In this document: positions 49,650-64,000 of the stretch, piece after piece
Layout of the letters: each line of letters starts with the position of its first letter
How positions within the stretch are numbered: position 1 is the stretch's first letter
Source: Harriotta raleighana
Taxonomy: Eukaryota
Assembly (NCBI GenBank): GCA_050575255.1
Contig: JBNZDD010013599.1
Location: 1,042,088 to 1,106,087 of the forward strand
DNA: 64,000 bases
Direction of reading: 5' to 3'
Notes under the pieces: generated by a model
Databases searched by the model: none
What the model was told of the DNA's origin: nothing
Seen by the model: the letters and a program-made list of their open reading frames with translations, nothing else
Made by a program: the position numbers and the translations under genes

Positions 49650-50037
49650 CTAAAAATACAGAGGGTTGGGGGGTGGGGGAGAGGAGAAAGAAAATATTGG
49701 ATGACCAGGATCACTGTGATTTCATTTGTTTGCATCTTGTGAGTGATTCTGGGTTCCTGTAGAAAAATCTCAGCAGTCTTTTGATTTACAAAGATGTTAT
49801 AAGACTTCTGGGTAACCCCAGCTGTCAAAGCTAATATGTTTTGTGTATAGATGAACAATCCACTGATGTGGTTGGTTGTTGGGAGCGAAAAAAACATTTT
49901 TCGTCACTATATAGCACACTGTTATGAAAGACTCCTGTGTCTGCTACGTCTGAGCACACACTTAAATTTTTCGGCACTTACTTCCTTAGGGAAAAATAAA
50001 GTTTTAAAACAAAACTTTAATGTTTTTATATTCTAAC

Positions 50038-50148
50038 CTTGAGCCCCTCCATCTCGGTTTCCAGCTGCTTGGAGTAATTCTCACTATGTTCCCGTAGCTT
50101 CCGTTCTTTTGATCCTTCAGCAACGGCATCTTCCAACCGAGCCTCCAG
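50038..50148 (-). CDS. CDC42BPB: CDC42BPB exon ~14
   Basis: [37 protein letters not shown]. Confidence 0.94.
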
Positions 50149-51448
50149 CTGGAACAAACATGCAGTAGTTAATGAAACCCTTTAGGTGCAATGTATTATG
50201 CAACACAAAATTTATGTGATCTTTTGTATAAAACCCTATTTTGTATACGTACGAACCTTGGGAGAATTGCAAATCACGTGCGCATCAAAATCCAAAGAAG
50301 AGTGATTGTTTTTGAGTTGAATAAGAACTGAGAATTTGTATGGTTTTCAAATTAGAATTTCTTCAATTTTAATTTGATGTACTGCTTTGGAAATTGGGAT
50401 AATATGCAGCGATTATAAACCTCTTATTTACAAGTTTTTTTCCCCTAATATTGATTATCATCCACTTGAATAACATATTGCCATTTGAGCAAACTCAACA
50501 CTGATGTTTTGTTGCAATGTACTCTGTACTTTACTGCATTTATTAAACGCAAAGTTGCCCGTGAAAAACTAAACAAATGGTTGCTGTTAATTTAGTCTTA
50601 TTTTCTGTTTGCAATTACACACCAAATTTGTTTTCAGGAAGGACTACGATGTGGGAAAGATCCTGATCATTTCAATAAAGTTTGCTTAATAGTTAACATT
50701 ATACAATCTAGCTGCCTGTACTATATGGATAGGGAAGGAAAACATTATGCTCAGAAATCTATCCACAATCAATTAAATTTAAATTCTGTGAGGCCCATCA
50801 ATCCTTTTTATTCACTGTTCTATATCGATAGAGATTTACTACAGCATTAGTAAGAAGTAGGTCAGCTTGAAGAGCAATTGGATAATAACCATCTTAATTG
50901 GAAGCTTTGGAAATTTTCAGAACTTTATTTTGTTCCTTTTTTTTTAATAAAAGAAAAACTGTCTTTGAGAATGACACTGCTGGGTCTGCCAGGGAACCCA
51001 CTGAAGGGAAGAGGTTAGAAATCTCTTTTGCTCTCCATAACCAGGAAGTAACAGGGAGATATATACATTGAAAAAGAATTGAGCAAAACAGTTAGCACTT
51101 CTTGAGTTTCAGCGCTTTTCTCTTACTCAGTATCTTACAATACACTCGTAATGTTGTCGTGGCTATGTTCAACACTTCACGTTCTTTTATTTGGCACTAA
51201 CCCTGAATTAAGATGAATTCAACAAATATTAAGGAAACATGCATTAAATGTTGCCCCAGGCTAGAAATGGGAATGGCTCAACATTTTGTGGTGAGCTTCT
51301 TTTTGAGTTCAGGTCAGCAGAAAACCAAAGGAATTCACAATTATGGTTATTTCTTCGAGTTTCTTGCTGTAAGTGATCCATCTTAGGCCTGCTGCAGCTT
51401 CTGCCCATCATTAACTGGCTCATCTACTCCAATAAGTGCTCAAACTAC

Positions 51449-51691
51449 CTCTTTCCTGGCCCTCTCCGCTTTCCGGATTTCCTGCCGCATGGAGTCCATC
51501 TTCTGCATAATCACTTCCAATTCCTCCTCTTTATCGCGCAGTTGTCGAGAAAATTTCTGTTTCTGCGAACGCATTTCCGCCATCCGTTCATTGAGTTCTG
51601 AGAATTCCTGCATGGCTATCTTTCTCTGATGATGTGCATCCTTCAACTCTTTGGTTTGGGACTTTTGCCTTTCCAGAGCTTCAACAAGTTG
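51449..51691 (-). CDS. CDC42BPB: CDC42BPB exon ~13
   Basis: [46 protein letters not shown]...ERARKE. Confidence 0.95.
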
Positions 51692-51945
51692 CTATTGAAA
51701 TTGCAGAACAGATGTTAGTCTTAGCTGGAGTTCACTTTGCCAACCAGTGCTCCACACATACCATCTATTAATACACGTAAGCTTTTCCTCTGGCTTTTGA
51801 TTATCAAAATATGCAGTGTTGAACTGCAACTGAAGCAAAGACTTGAGATTTTACTTTTCAATCTGTGTTTGTCAATGATCAGGCTATTCAGCTGGCTAAG
51901 TCAAACTTCCCAAATATTAGAAATTAATTTCTCGCAGTTAGTTAC

Positions 51946-52079
51946 CTTGTGATTTTCATCCTTTTCTTGTTTAAGTGCTCTGATCTGTTTGTCAAGTGCT
52001 TTTATTTTGTTTGCAGATTCCTCAAAATCTTGACGGACAGACACTGCATTTTCAAGTTGCTGTTCTAACCGATCAGATT
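51946..52079 (-). CDS. CDC42BPB: CDC42BPB exon ~12
   Basis: SDRLEQQLENAVSVRQDFEESANKIKALDKQIRALKQEKDENHK. Confidence 0.93.
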
Positions 52080-52701
52080 CTGAGGAAATAAATCAACAAA
52101 AACTAAGACATTCGCCTTCAAAATAAGCTTAAAAGCTCCTCCAAGTAGTTCAGTTAGTCGTGACTAGCTAGAATAAATTGCCATATAAATCCAGGAAGAC
52201 CCTAGATTTGTTTTTTGCTTGCCATGGATTAGGTTATCTCGACCAGGGCAGCAGTTGGTCAATTGATTTCAGCACCTCTAAGATTGTAAGAAGAAAAAAA
52301 ATAAAAATGAAAGGTAGGGTTTGCATTATCAGCATCTTGGGATGTCCTCCCCAACATGAAAGGCGCTCAACAAATGTAATTTTGTTGTGTTGTGACGATT
52401 ACTAATCAAATGACTTTTGCTGCTAAAGAGTACAGGTGTGGACACTCCTTATGCATAACACACATTATGATTTTTCTGTGACAAAACAAAAATTTCCGAT
52501 TGAATTGGAGCTTGGAAACTGGCTGAGCTATGCGAGTGTGCGGATCAGCCTCTCAAGATTAATGCAGGAACTGTTCCGATGCGTCAGGCCAATGGGGGGG
52601 ATAAAGAATTTTCTTTTATGGGAGGGCACCTCCCTAGGGAAGCGCGCTCTATACCTGGTTTAGCACATCCAGTGAATAGATAATAATTCCCCTTACAATA
52701 C

Positions 52702-52821
52702 CTGCTATTTTCTTCCGCAATTTTTCAATCTCCTCATTTAACTTCTTGATTTCCTTATCTCTGTTGCCAGTTCCCATTCCGCGTGGTGAACCAAGATGTG
52801 ACTGGATAGCCGGTGTAGACT
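52702..52821 (-). CDS. CDC42BPB: CDC42BPB exon ~11
   Basis: [39 protein letters not shown]. Confidence 0.93.
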
Positions 52822-52929
52822 CTGTGAGCAATGTGTACATATTTTTTTTAAATGGTATAGGATTAAAACAAGATCCATCCTAAGTCACTCCAGCAGCTCC
52901 AGCAGCTATTAGGAAAATGTTAAACTCAC

Positions 52930-53096
52930 CTTGCAGCTTCTTATATAGTTCCAGTTTTTCTTGTTCAAGTCGTCGTATTCTCCGCTCATAAGCCTCCACT
53001 TGCAAACTGTTTTCCAAGTCTATTCGTACATCTGTATCCTTGTCAGTCGAATCCAATAGTTTGACATTCTTCAAGGAACCTCGGTCTGAAAATGGA
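52930..53096 (-). CDS. CDC42BPB: CDC42BPB exon ~10
   Basis: [12 protein letters not shown]...[26 protein letters not shown]. Confidence 0.94.
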
Positions 53097-53679
53097 CTAA
53101 AACAAGCAAATCAAATCATCTACTGTTACAATCTTTAAATCAGAATAGCAGACCATTAAATAAACCACACATTACCTGACTTCACATCATGAAAGCAGCT
53201 ATGCAAATTTACTTCAAATTTTTCAAGAAACCATTTGAAAATTAGCAACTGTGCACTTCTCAACCCATCCTTTTAACTCCATCAACCTCAGGATCAGAAT
53301 TTAAGTCAAATCACTTGACCAGCATAATGAACTGTTAAACTAAGAAATTTACAAGAGTGGTTCTGCTAACGGGTCATACACAGCTTTCTGTTTCAGATGT
53401 CTAATGCCAGTATATTTCACTCACAATAAAAATACTAAATGTACCCTTTAATGCTGTTTCATATAAACCTAAGAAAGTGACATTTTATATGGATTTTAGG
53501 TGAGTGTTGCTTTACTGAAAAGACATATATAGAGGTACGTTGGTTTATTGTTATCAAGCACAGTAAATTGATATTTATGTAATTTACTTGAAATAATAGA
53601 AAATTCAACAAATTGCCTGTTAGAACACTGAATTGTATCCTTTGAACATATAGGGGATAAAGGATTTAAGTTGTCTCAC

Positions 53680-53759
53680 CTGTTCGTGGTAAATGTGAAG
53701 CCTATAAAAGGTAGATGAAGACCAGAAAAAGCAGTGTGAGTGGCTGGAGGTACCAATTC
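53680..53759 (-). CDS. CDC42BPB: CDC42BPB exon ~9 (AGC hydrophobic motif)
   Basis: ELVPPATHTAFSGLHLPFIGFTFTTN. Confidence 0.95.
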
Positions 53760-54551
53760 CTAGGGTCAATGGAAAGCATGTATTAACATAAAACAGCAAT
53801 CTAGTGATTTTTAAAAAACAAAGATAATGTGGGTCAATCTCAACCAATTAACAGCTGAGGAAAATTGCATTACCAATTTAATTAAGCGAGCTGGTTATCA
53901 CAATTACATGTTGTCGTATCTGGAGTATTTAAATAATGGCAAATCCATTATGTAACTATTGATGTTTGAGAAAAGTCAATAAAGCAGCCTGATGTAAAAA
54001 GCACTGCCTCAAACAGCAGATGGTCACAGGTTCGAATCCCAAGGCTGCTTGATAAGCAAACTAGTGTGCTGGGCTGTATCTATAATGTGTTTAGACAGGT
54101 CTCGCCCTGGCTGCTGGCTGAAGCATCCAGTTATAGCACTGCGTGCTACAGGGGGAGGAAAACTGACAAAAGCTCTTTAATCAATGAGTAGCTGAATCAA
54201 AGATGCACAAGTCTGCAGCTTGCCAGAGCTTAACAAACATTGGAGGAAGAATATAAATAGGTAAGGAGAAAAAATAGGGAATTACAATTAGAGAACTGAG
54301 CTTGTCTGGAGGATGACTGTAGATTTGATGATTCGAGTAGCTTTCTCATAATGCTCTAATTTCTATGAATCTATGACTCCTACAGAGTGAAATACTATCA
54401 TGGGGTAAGGGATTATTTGGAAAATGATAAATTAAAATAAGAATAATCTAAGGATTCAATCTTTAGTTACATAATGTCATACATCCTACTGAGATACAAG
54501 TAATTTTATACCATTTATATCTGGAAGACAGTAGAATACTAAGTTACTAAC

Positions 54552-54800
54552 TGGATTTTTGAGCACATCGTCATCTACATCAAAGTTTGAGGTATCGGTC
54601 GGACTGCTAACATCAGGAATATAAGGTGCTTCAGTGTTTCGAATATTGTCCCAATCTATCCCCTTGAAAAATGTATGTTTTTTGAAATCTTCCATTCCAT
54701 TCTTGCCAATCCGTTGCTCTCTACTGCAGATAAGGTGCTGAATCAAATCCTTAGCTTCGTCAGACACATCGGAGAGATGAGATGGAAACTGGAACCGTTC
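54552..54800 (-). CDS. CDC42BPB: CDC42BPB exon ~8 (kinase C-terminal region)
   Basis: [28 protein letters not shown]...[26 protein letters not shown]. Confidence 0.96.
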
Positions 54801-55218
54801 CTATCAAAGATTAACAAAGTATTATGGAAAATATTACACAAGCAGAGAATGCACATTAATATTATATCATTTCTGGATGGAAGTCAGCTGTTGTTCAGAG
54901 AAGGCAGCCTGTACATGCACTTAACATGGAAGTAAGGTTTCATTCAGTTTTACTATACACTCAAGAGAATAAGCGCTCTGAGATGCCATCCGGCGTGGAG
55001 GGCGCTATATAATTCAAAGTAGTCGTTGTTGTTGATGAGAAACTACATATAATTCAAATAACATGCATATCTACACTACTCTAAAGAAAACAATAGCTTG
55101 TAATTTAAGTATGCCAAAATTCCAGTAAAAATGTAGTAACTATTTGATCATTTGCCATAATTATTTAGAGGTGGAAATTAACATTACACCCAAAAGGCGA
55201 TTTGTTGCAATAGCTTTA

Positions 55219-55476
<258 letters not shown>

Positions 55477-56017
55477 CTAAGGATAAAGACAAATAAATCC
55501 ATTGGGAGGTACATACACATTTTTTTTAAAAACAGCAATCATTAAGACATAAATAACAGCTTTCATAATGGTATAATTCAAACAGCAGACATTAGCTTGG
55601 CCAGTTTCTCAGTTCTCTATTTTTTAAAAATAAAATTCAACTCCAAACATTGGATATCTTATTTCTTCCCAACACTGCTGTTTGGCAGGCATCAACGGTA
55701 GGAAGTCATGTTTATAACCAGACCGAACAAATTGTTACACTTTAAGCTCCAAGTTGACTGCGGCCGGACACTGAAATAAACATCCAAGCAAAGTTTGACG
55801 ATAAAGAGAGATTTGAAAAATGTGGAAAGGGAAATTGCCCCAAAGATGCAGTCAATCACAACTGAAAAATACAACTTGTAGTCTCAAAATGCCAAGCTCT
55901 AAAACTTAATGCAAGTCATATTCTCTGGTCGAAGCATTTCTAGACGATTACCAAGGTCCACAACATTGTGCCAGTGCAATCGTTACTAAAAATGCCTGAG
56001 CTTTAATGTAAGCTTTA

Positions 56018-56200
<183 letters not shown>

Positions 56201-56370
56201 TCACAAATGCTTCACCTCAAAACACTTGCAATGTCATATTCCAGCCTATCATCCTAGTGATTGTTAGATACTGAGAAATGGGCAGACCAACAATTAGTTT
56301 TTTTTTCTCTCATGGTCATTCACTGGCGAAGAGTGAGGCTGCTGAGCTTGAGGAATCTGAGGCAATCCAT

Positions 56371-56692
56371 TAATAATAATAATAATCCTTGCATTTGATA
56401 TAGCGCTTTTCACATCTTATCGACGTCCCAAAGCGCTTCACAGAATATACTGTAAAGTGAATTGACTGTATATTTCTGGGCACAATGCGGCAGCCAATTG
56501 CGCACAGCAGCGTCCCACAAACAGTCATGGATTGAAATGACCAATTTTATTATTGTTGTATTTTTGGAGGGATTACTATTAGGCATGCGGAGTAAGGAAA
56601 CTTGCCCTAGGTTTCGCCCTGATCTGCCGGGATTCGAACACAGGTCTCATGCTTATAAGACAAGTGCTCTAACCACTAAGCCACAGGAGTGA
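56371..56692 (-). mobile_element. Full-length tRNA-derived SINE (same family)
   Basis: Reverse complement of head, body and (TTA)n tail. Confidence 0.92.
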
Positions 56693-58210
56693 CTTATGTC
56701 ATGTCATGTGATGGTAGTGATTTAAACAGGCAAAATAACCCAAGATTGCGATCCATGTGCCCAGTGACAATGCCAGTTAAAAGGTTCACAAGCAAAATGA
56801 ATATTTCAGGAAGCCTTAGTGCAAAGGAAGTGGAATCAATCATACACATTTAATCCGGGCATTAATCTGGGAGTTCTAAATCAAAATGACCATGTTTGTT
56901 TCTTCAAGGAATTCAGTGTATCGGCCTCCATCACTCTTCATGGTAATCTGTTCAAGCGGTTAATAACTATGGACATGACCTGAGTCACTGAGGATCACTT
57001 GGTGAGGTGCTTGACAGAAGCCATCATGGGTTCGAACTACTATTCTGCACCACACCATCAATACAATTTCATTTGATAGAGTTGTACAATGAAATTGTCA
57101 GCGAAAGAGCACTGGAGGTTTACAATTCTATAAAAGCTCAATGAAAGTCGTAATGGAAGTTGGCTATTGTTCAGATTTGCAGCCTTGGAGTGGAGTTTCG
57201 GGTTAAAAAAGAGCCAGATCTTGCTGACAAAAATCCCTTTGTTCAAGATCAAGTTTGAATGAAAAATTGAAACTTTAAATTAGTACAAAGATGGAATTCA
57301 AATTTGTAAAAACAAAGATTATTTTTCTAGGCCAATCTCAACAGAACAAGCTGAAAAACGTTCTTTTTTAATTAAGATTTTTTTTATTAGGATATCTGAA
57401 GCATACTATATTCCAACTTATGAACTTGCGTTTCTGCAGACTTTCATGAAATGTTTGTTTATAAAAGTCATTCTTTGCTTTCTGGCTTCTACTCTGTAAC
57501 CTAGGCCACACATTCCATCGCCATATTCTGTACATCTGTTCAGTTCCAAACTTACATCTGTGCAGCACAGCAGAGATTCCACTGGGGCCCAATAGCATGT
57601 TGCTTAACACTCTTGATTCAAGACTCTTGATCACTGGTTAAAGCCTTAAGGCTCCCTAAGCAGTTCACTAAAACTACAAAGTACAGAGAATGGTGGTGAG
57701 TTTGTTTGTGAGAGTCCATGGATTATTTATCAAATATTCAGATCATAGTGACCAGAGTAAAGCAGGAAACAACCAGACTAAATAAACACATTATCATCGT
57801 GACTGACTGGTAAGAGTTAAAACACACAGGATGCCTAGGAGCAATTGCAAGTGGTTCAGACATTAAAGCTCAAGACTTGCTCTTGCTTCATAAAACTTTG
57901 GAAACTCTTGACTGGATTGCTATCTACCTTCGCCATAGGTGCTGTAGAATCAGTGTGTTGCAGTGAAAAGAATACAAATATTTGTAACTAGAGATTTCCA
58001 TGAATAGCGTGTAACATTTGCTCAATTCTTATTTTCTTCCTCATTTTATTAAGTTCCTCTCGCATATTTTTCATGCCTCTTATTTTAAAATAATTGTTGA
58101 GTTCCCCATTGGGTGTTTTACTTGTTCCCAGTTTGATTTGTTGCAAGGAAGTTGCTATGACTAACAGGCATACCGAACTACTTTAATTCCTATTTTACTA
58201 CACAAATGAN

Positions 58211-58212
<2 letters not shown>

Positions 58213-58265
<53 letters not shown>
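58213..58265. repeat. Poly-G run (53 nt) next to an N join
   Basis: Read directly from sequence; length unreliable. Confidence 0.7.
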
Positions 58266-58266
<1 letters not shown>

Positions 58267-58518
58267 GTTGGTCTCAAATTCTGCAAACATGAAAGATAGC
58301 TAGATATGTACATTCCACATGTTAGCCCAGCGCCTTAGGACGTCCTCCAACATGAGAGGCACTCTGTAAATGTCATTTTGTTGTTGCTGTTGTTGCGATT
58401 ACTGAAGTTTACAGTTCTAAAGAACAGATCAATGTCTACATAAACCAAGTACTGTGTAAACCATAACCTGCAAGTAGTCACTCCTAAATTAACAATAGTT
58501 TAAAAAATTATAACTTTA

Positions 58519-58731
<213 letters not shown>

Positions 58732-58818
58732 TCAAAATTTTAATCAATGATTAATTCATCTGAAGAACTACGTGGGTTTGATTACAGTTACATGACTTTA
58801 AACTGAAAGGAAACTCAC

Positions 58819-58914
58819 CAAGTAGTTTTCATCTTGAAAGGCATAGTGTAATGTAGTGATCCACTGATAATCACCATTCACCAGAACATCCCTTTCTTCT
58901 CGAAAACAGGCAGT
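58819..58914 (-). CDS. CDC42BPB: CDC42BPB exon ~4 (kinase)
   Basis: [32 protein letters not shown]. Confidence 0.96.
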
Positions 58915-60553
58915 CTGTAAATAAGTTTTATTTTATAAAATAGTTTAATTTTTTTGCCAAGCTCTCTCAAATCAAAAGGTAATTGGGGGGGATTTATATT
59001 TCTAAGGGAAAATGTTACTTTCAACCAAAACTAAATATAGTAGCTTTCTTAATTCCCCCACACACTGAAGCTAAGTTGGAAGAAAGCATCTTGGTCACCG
59101 GTATAGTCATTAAAACCAATATTTTCTTGGACAGCTATAAAAGTATCCATATGTTTTTAAACCAAAGATTTGAAAGCAGCATTAGTATTTTAAACTTAAA
59201 CATTTCTAAAGTTGATTCAGCTCACTGGTTGCCTAAACCATTGAATTGCAGTGGTGGAAATGTTAAATTTGGTTACTATGCCAACTACTCTCTATAGCAC
59301 ATTTTTTTGGAGACCATTCTTCTTACATCCACACAAATTATTTAAAATATGATTCTGCATATTATGTTACATTAAACACGATCACATATTTTGTGCATGG
59401 GAATTTATCGAGTGGGGTGGGGGAAACTTACCATCCACAAATACAACTAGCCTGATCACTGGCTGCTGTCCTTTCTTACTCAAACATTTTGAGACGATGA
59501 TCCGAGCCCAAACATACTAATTTTAGAGGATAAATTTCACTATATTGGTCTGTAATGTGAGCAGGTGTGTACACAAAGAACTGACAGCTGGCAGCTAGCT
59601 TTAAGAGACCAAACTAAGAATGTTCTTGCTCCATTTCTTTCTCTCAGAAACACTACATGTACAAATCAGCTTCATAACAAGAGGATATATGAATGTACAT
59701 TATATGTCCTCTTATTTGAATGTGGCATATGTATTATTTAGATTCTAGCAATCAGGTTTGCAGTAGATAGCTACTGAAAAAACATTTCTGAATAGCCGAT
59801 CCCTCGAAGGAACTGTCAGTTTTTATTGGGAAAACATTGATTAACCCCATTTTCAAGACACCAGTTGATAATTCTTTTCAAATATCATCTTCCATAACAT
59901 GTGTAACAGTCTTGTCTGTAGGACAAATCACATCCAGTACATCACTGAATGTCAGGAAATATCATAATGCATTTTTTGTTGACACCCCAACACAACAGCC
60001 AGTTAAAAAAAAGTAGAAATTTTACATCACCTATTACCAGTTTATCCAAATTCCACTTAACATTAAATTCAAACACCATTCAAGCCTTCAATGGGAAATA
60101 CGCACAACAAATATTGGAATAGGCTGCACTGACTCATTTGTGTGCATCAGACCTCTTGATTTAATCAAGGTCTTGTCCGCTTTACCACCACAACTATGAT
60201 GCAATGTCTATTAAAAATTATCTGAAAGGCTATAGAAATTTTTCAATGGTCCAGATTTGTCCAAGATCTGATACAAATATTGAGGATTGTAATCTGAAAT
60301 CCATACAATCAAAATATTTATTCTGAATGGCAGTATTTGAGGAAATACACACATACCCATCCCCACCTCTCCCACATAAAATGAATGCCTAGAAAATGTT
60401 TTCAAACAATAAACATATATAAAAAGAAACATAGCAACTTAAAGAAGAGTACAATAATAGAGTTGGTATATATTTGTGGTGCACTTGTAATATTCAACTT
60501 CAACTGACATATGTTTATAATAGAAAGGTAAAGTATGATTTGCTGATACATTA

Positions 60554-60790
<237 letters not shown>

Positions 60791-63384
60791 TCACCTACCT
60801 GCAAACATTAAACAATTTCTAATTGTTTTACATTGTGATTATGCAAGTTTTAAGATGTCTATGTTTCCTTTTGCAAAAAATTCCAACTTGTTTTACATGG
60901 TTAGCATTTTTATATTCTGCAACAACAACAACTTTGATTTATATAGCAAACATTTCTGTTTGTCATATGTGTTATCAGTGCTAAGGAATGGCATATGTCC
61001 TAAATTAAATTGCTGTTGATTTGATCGCTCCACTACTTGAAGTAATGTTAGTGTTTCCATAGCTTAAAAGTGAAGACTGAGCACTACTAAAACACAATCG
61101 CAAAATTGTACACAAATAGCTATTCTACCATTGTGCAAAACGGTCCAGGACACAGAAAGGACCTTAAGGGCAAACTCTGCTTGGCAATTTCCGCAAAAGG
61201 AAGCACATGGATCTTAAAAAACATTTAATGAATCGGTGATTCAATCAGCAGTCATCCTGGGCAATCGAGCCACATATTCACTTGGTAGGTAGTGCAGGAA
61301 GGAACGTCCGACCAAGTACTTTGAAACATTGAACTCTCTCTTCAGCTGGCAGCAGGTGGCCACATTAAGGAAGCTAATCTGATGATACAGCAGTTAAGAA
61401 CTCTGTGTCCAGAGGAAATGTACATCCAGAATTGCCAGTGTTGTGGAAAGAAACCTTCTTCTGATAACTCCCTTAACTTTTATGGGAACTGAACTTCCAG
61501 CGTATAACTTATTGGTGCAAATTTTGTTCTCTCTGACACAACTCAGTATAAAAAAAGTCAATTCAACAATCCTAAAGACCTAAAGTCATGAAGCGCAGTT
61601 AAAAATTAATTGAATTATGACAACAACAACAACGTGCATGTTGTTGACCTCTTCACACAGGTCAGCATTTTGGAAAACTTAGATGAATAGTCATTTATGA
61701 CATTGCAAAACAGCAAAGTTGCCATACAACAACAGCAACTTACATTTGTGTAGCACCTTTCACATCAGGAGGAGGCAGCTAACAGTATTGAGGTCATGGA
61801 CACTAATCACAGAACTGTTATGCAGACAGTCTGTTAACAGTGTTAAACAACAGTAAATGCACTGTCTTTGGCAAACTGAAGATAATCTTGGCAATTTATC
61901 ACAAGATTCAAAGGAAATAGGAGCTGCTGGGTAGAAATAAGAGTTGATGGGTGAATTTTTGATGGTTTAAAATTAAGACTCATCACAAGAGAAGTTTGAA
62001 TGAAGAACAACAACACAACAAAATTACACTTGTATAGCTCCTTTCATGTCAGATGGACGTCCTTTCAGAAGAAGGCCCTTCAGCCCATTTCATCTCATCG
62101 TTCCATGCTGTCCTTTCAAAACAAGCTCTTTTTAAAATCCTGAACACTTTTGGTTGAATGAAATTGCTGAATTTACTACACACAGAGATTTCTTCAGGTT
62201 TATATCAGTGTAAGATTTCAGAAACGGACAGCATTAAATAATATGATGGCATTTAGCCTCTCTTTTAAGCAGGAGGCTTGGAATTTAAGGAAGAATCCCA
62301 TAAATTTCCTGTGTGTTGATGATGGTTGTGTCAAAACTTTGATGCTTTTCAGTCACCAATTCTTGACGGCAGTAAGTGGGTTTTAATTCCCAAAGCTCAG
62401 ATCACATGTCTGACAGTTAAAAACATAAGAGACATTTGAACTACCTTAGTGTAGGATATAATGTACCCAAAGCTCAAACTATGCACCTCAGAATAAAGAC
62501 TATTAAAATGTCTGAAGGATTCTAAGGTTGTTTCATGTGTCATATAAAAGTGAATATCCTCACAATAGACAATTTAAAAAAATCTGTGTTTGAGTGTGTG
62601 TGTGTGGGGTGGGCGCAGTACACACTGTGCTTTCGGAAAGATTAGATATACAAACTGAGCTGGGAAGGCAAGACACAAAAACAGGAATTGGGAGGTCAAT
62701 CTTTTTTAAAGAAATTAACATTTATCAAAAACACTTAAGATATCTGGCTATGTTTATTCCATGTAATTAAAATGCAGTCACAAGAAAATGAAACAGCAAA
62801 AAAAATACCCATCGTGAATTTTGTTAAATTATCTCTAGTTTTCAATAATTTTATTGAAATAAAATAATTTTATGTTAACGAAAACAAAATACATCATTAA
62901 TGGATTAAAATTAAATCATTTTCAATTTATCACAAATAGAAATGTTTGGCAATGACCACCACAGCCATCACGCATAAGAAAAACTGGCCTTAGCATTAAG
63001 GAATCAAACCTGGCCTGGGTTAAGGAATCAAAAAAAAATCCCTAACCCCTGTTTGGAAGAAAGACTGGAGTAGATTAACCCTGCTGGCTCTCTCTGCACA
63101 AATTCAAATGAAAAATGTTTTCTCAGTTGACACACAGAAGTGTAGCCAGCACTTGCAATTCAGGCAAAACAAAGATCCGCAAGATACTCTGTTGAGAGAT
63201 AAATTCTCTAGATTCCACTGGAGAATCCTTTTACCATTATTGACTTCACTCTTTAATCATTTGCACACCACAGCATGAGTCAGTACCTTCAGAAATGAGG
63301 GGAAAAATTGGCAATCAACAATTTTGAGAGAGAACTGTACCGATCAGAATAATCCTTATTCTGTAATATATTTTTTAAATGAAT

Positions 63385-63540
63385 TGGTGATTTCAATCCA
63401 CGAGTGTGGAACACTGCTGTGCGCAATTGGCTTCCGTATTTCTCCCACAAATATACAGTAAAGTCACTTCACAGTATATTCTGTGAAACGCTTTGAGACG
63501 TCTAGGTGTGAAAAGCGCTAAATCAAATGCAAGGAATATT
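63385..63540 (+). mobile_element. SINE 3' half
   Basis: tttcaatccacgagtgtgg...cccacaaatatacagt...aaaagcgctaaatcaaatgcaagg. Confidence 0.8.
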
Positions 63541-64000
63541 GTTAAGATTTTGTTGAGCAAAGGTATTATGCTTGGCAGTTTCAAATGCGACATTTTAATA
63601 TACAGCTCCCTCGCCCGAAAGAGAGTAATCATGAAGCATGAGTAACTGCTGTGTCTCTATAGCTAATATAACAAACAGTGTGCTGTTGTGCTATTGACAT
63701 CACAATTGCTTTGTGACAATGGCAGCATCCTGATACAGGAATCTTCCTTTGAATTTGTATAAGCTATTGTACACAAATGACATTTCTCATTGTATTGATT
63801 TAAATGTGCAAAGGCACAGAATGCAGTTCAGGAAACCACATTTGACCACCATTTCCCGTCACTGAAAATATCCTCTTCCTGACTGTATCCTGTAAGTGGT
63901 CTCATCCTCTGCAGTGCTCCTGCAGTGATTAAATATAACCTACTTTAATATTCATTTTTGTAACCGCAAGAGAATGCAATGCACAGGTATTTTCAGTCTT

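Noticed and set aside
58213-58265. 53-nt poly-G as a G-quadruplex element (also 29177-29199)
   Set aside because: Adjacent to N joins, so homopolymer length is unreliable; similar runs are common in this window.
61349-61362. CTCF-like GCAGCAGGTGGCCA in a CDC42BPB intron
   Set aside because: Single imperfect motif; expected by chance in 64 kb without supporting data.

Overview
Vertebrate nuclear DNA, most likely from a cartilaginous fish such as Callorhinchus (inferred from the tRNA-SINE/L2/CR1 repeat content and protein divergence; not verified). The window holds the conserved TRAF3-AMN-CDC42BPB gene block. It contains the last 4 coding exons of TRAF3 (+, 936-6097) and a complete 12-exon amnionless gene (AMN, +, 11307-21245, 482 aa; exons read manually, phases join without stops). 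It also contains exons equivalent to about 3-37 of CDC42BPB/MRCK-beta (-, 60670-28773, convergent with AMN; first exons lie beyond the right edge). Introns carry many tRNA-derived SINEs, L2 and CR1 LINE 3' fragments, Deu-domain SINE relics and microsatellites. Single-N joins flank apparent false tandem duplications. I found no new multi-gene system. The most notable signal is a 189-nt in-frame exon in CDC42BPB, absent from the ORF track, that encodes a second CRIB (Cdc42/Rac-binding) motif. Other leads are a 51-nt cassette exon, a (UG)21 tract replacing a polypyrimidine tract, and altered endocytic motifs in AMN. Exon numbering and comparisons with human proteins are from memory and were not checked by alignment.
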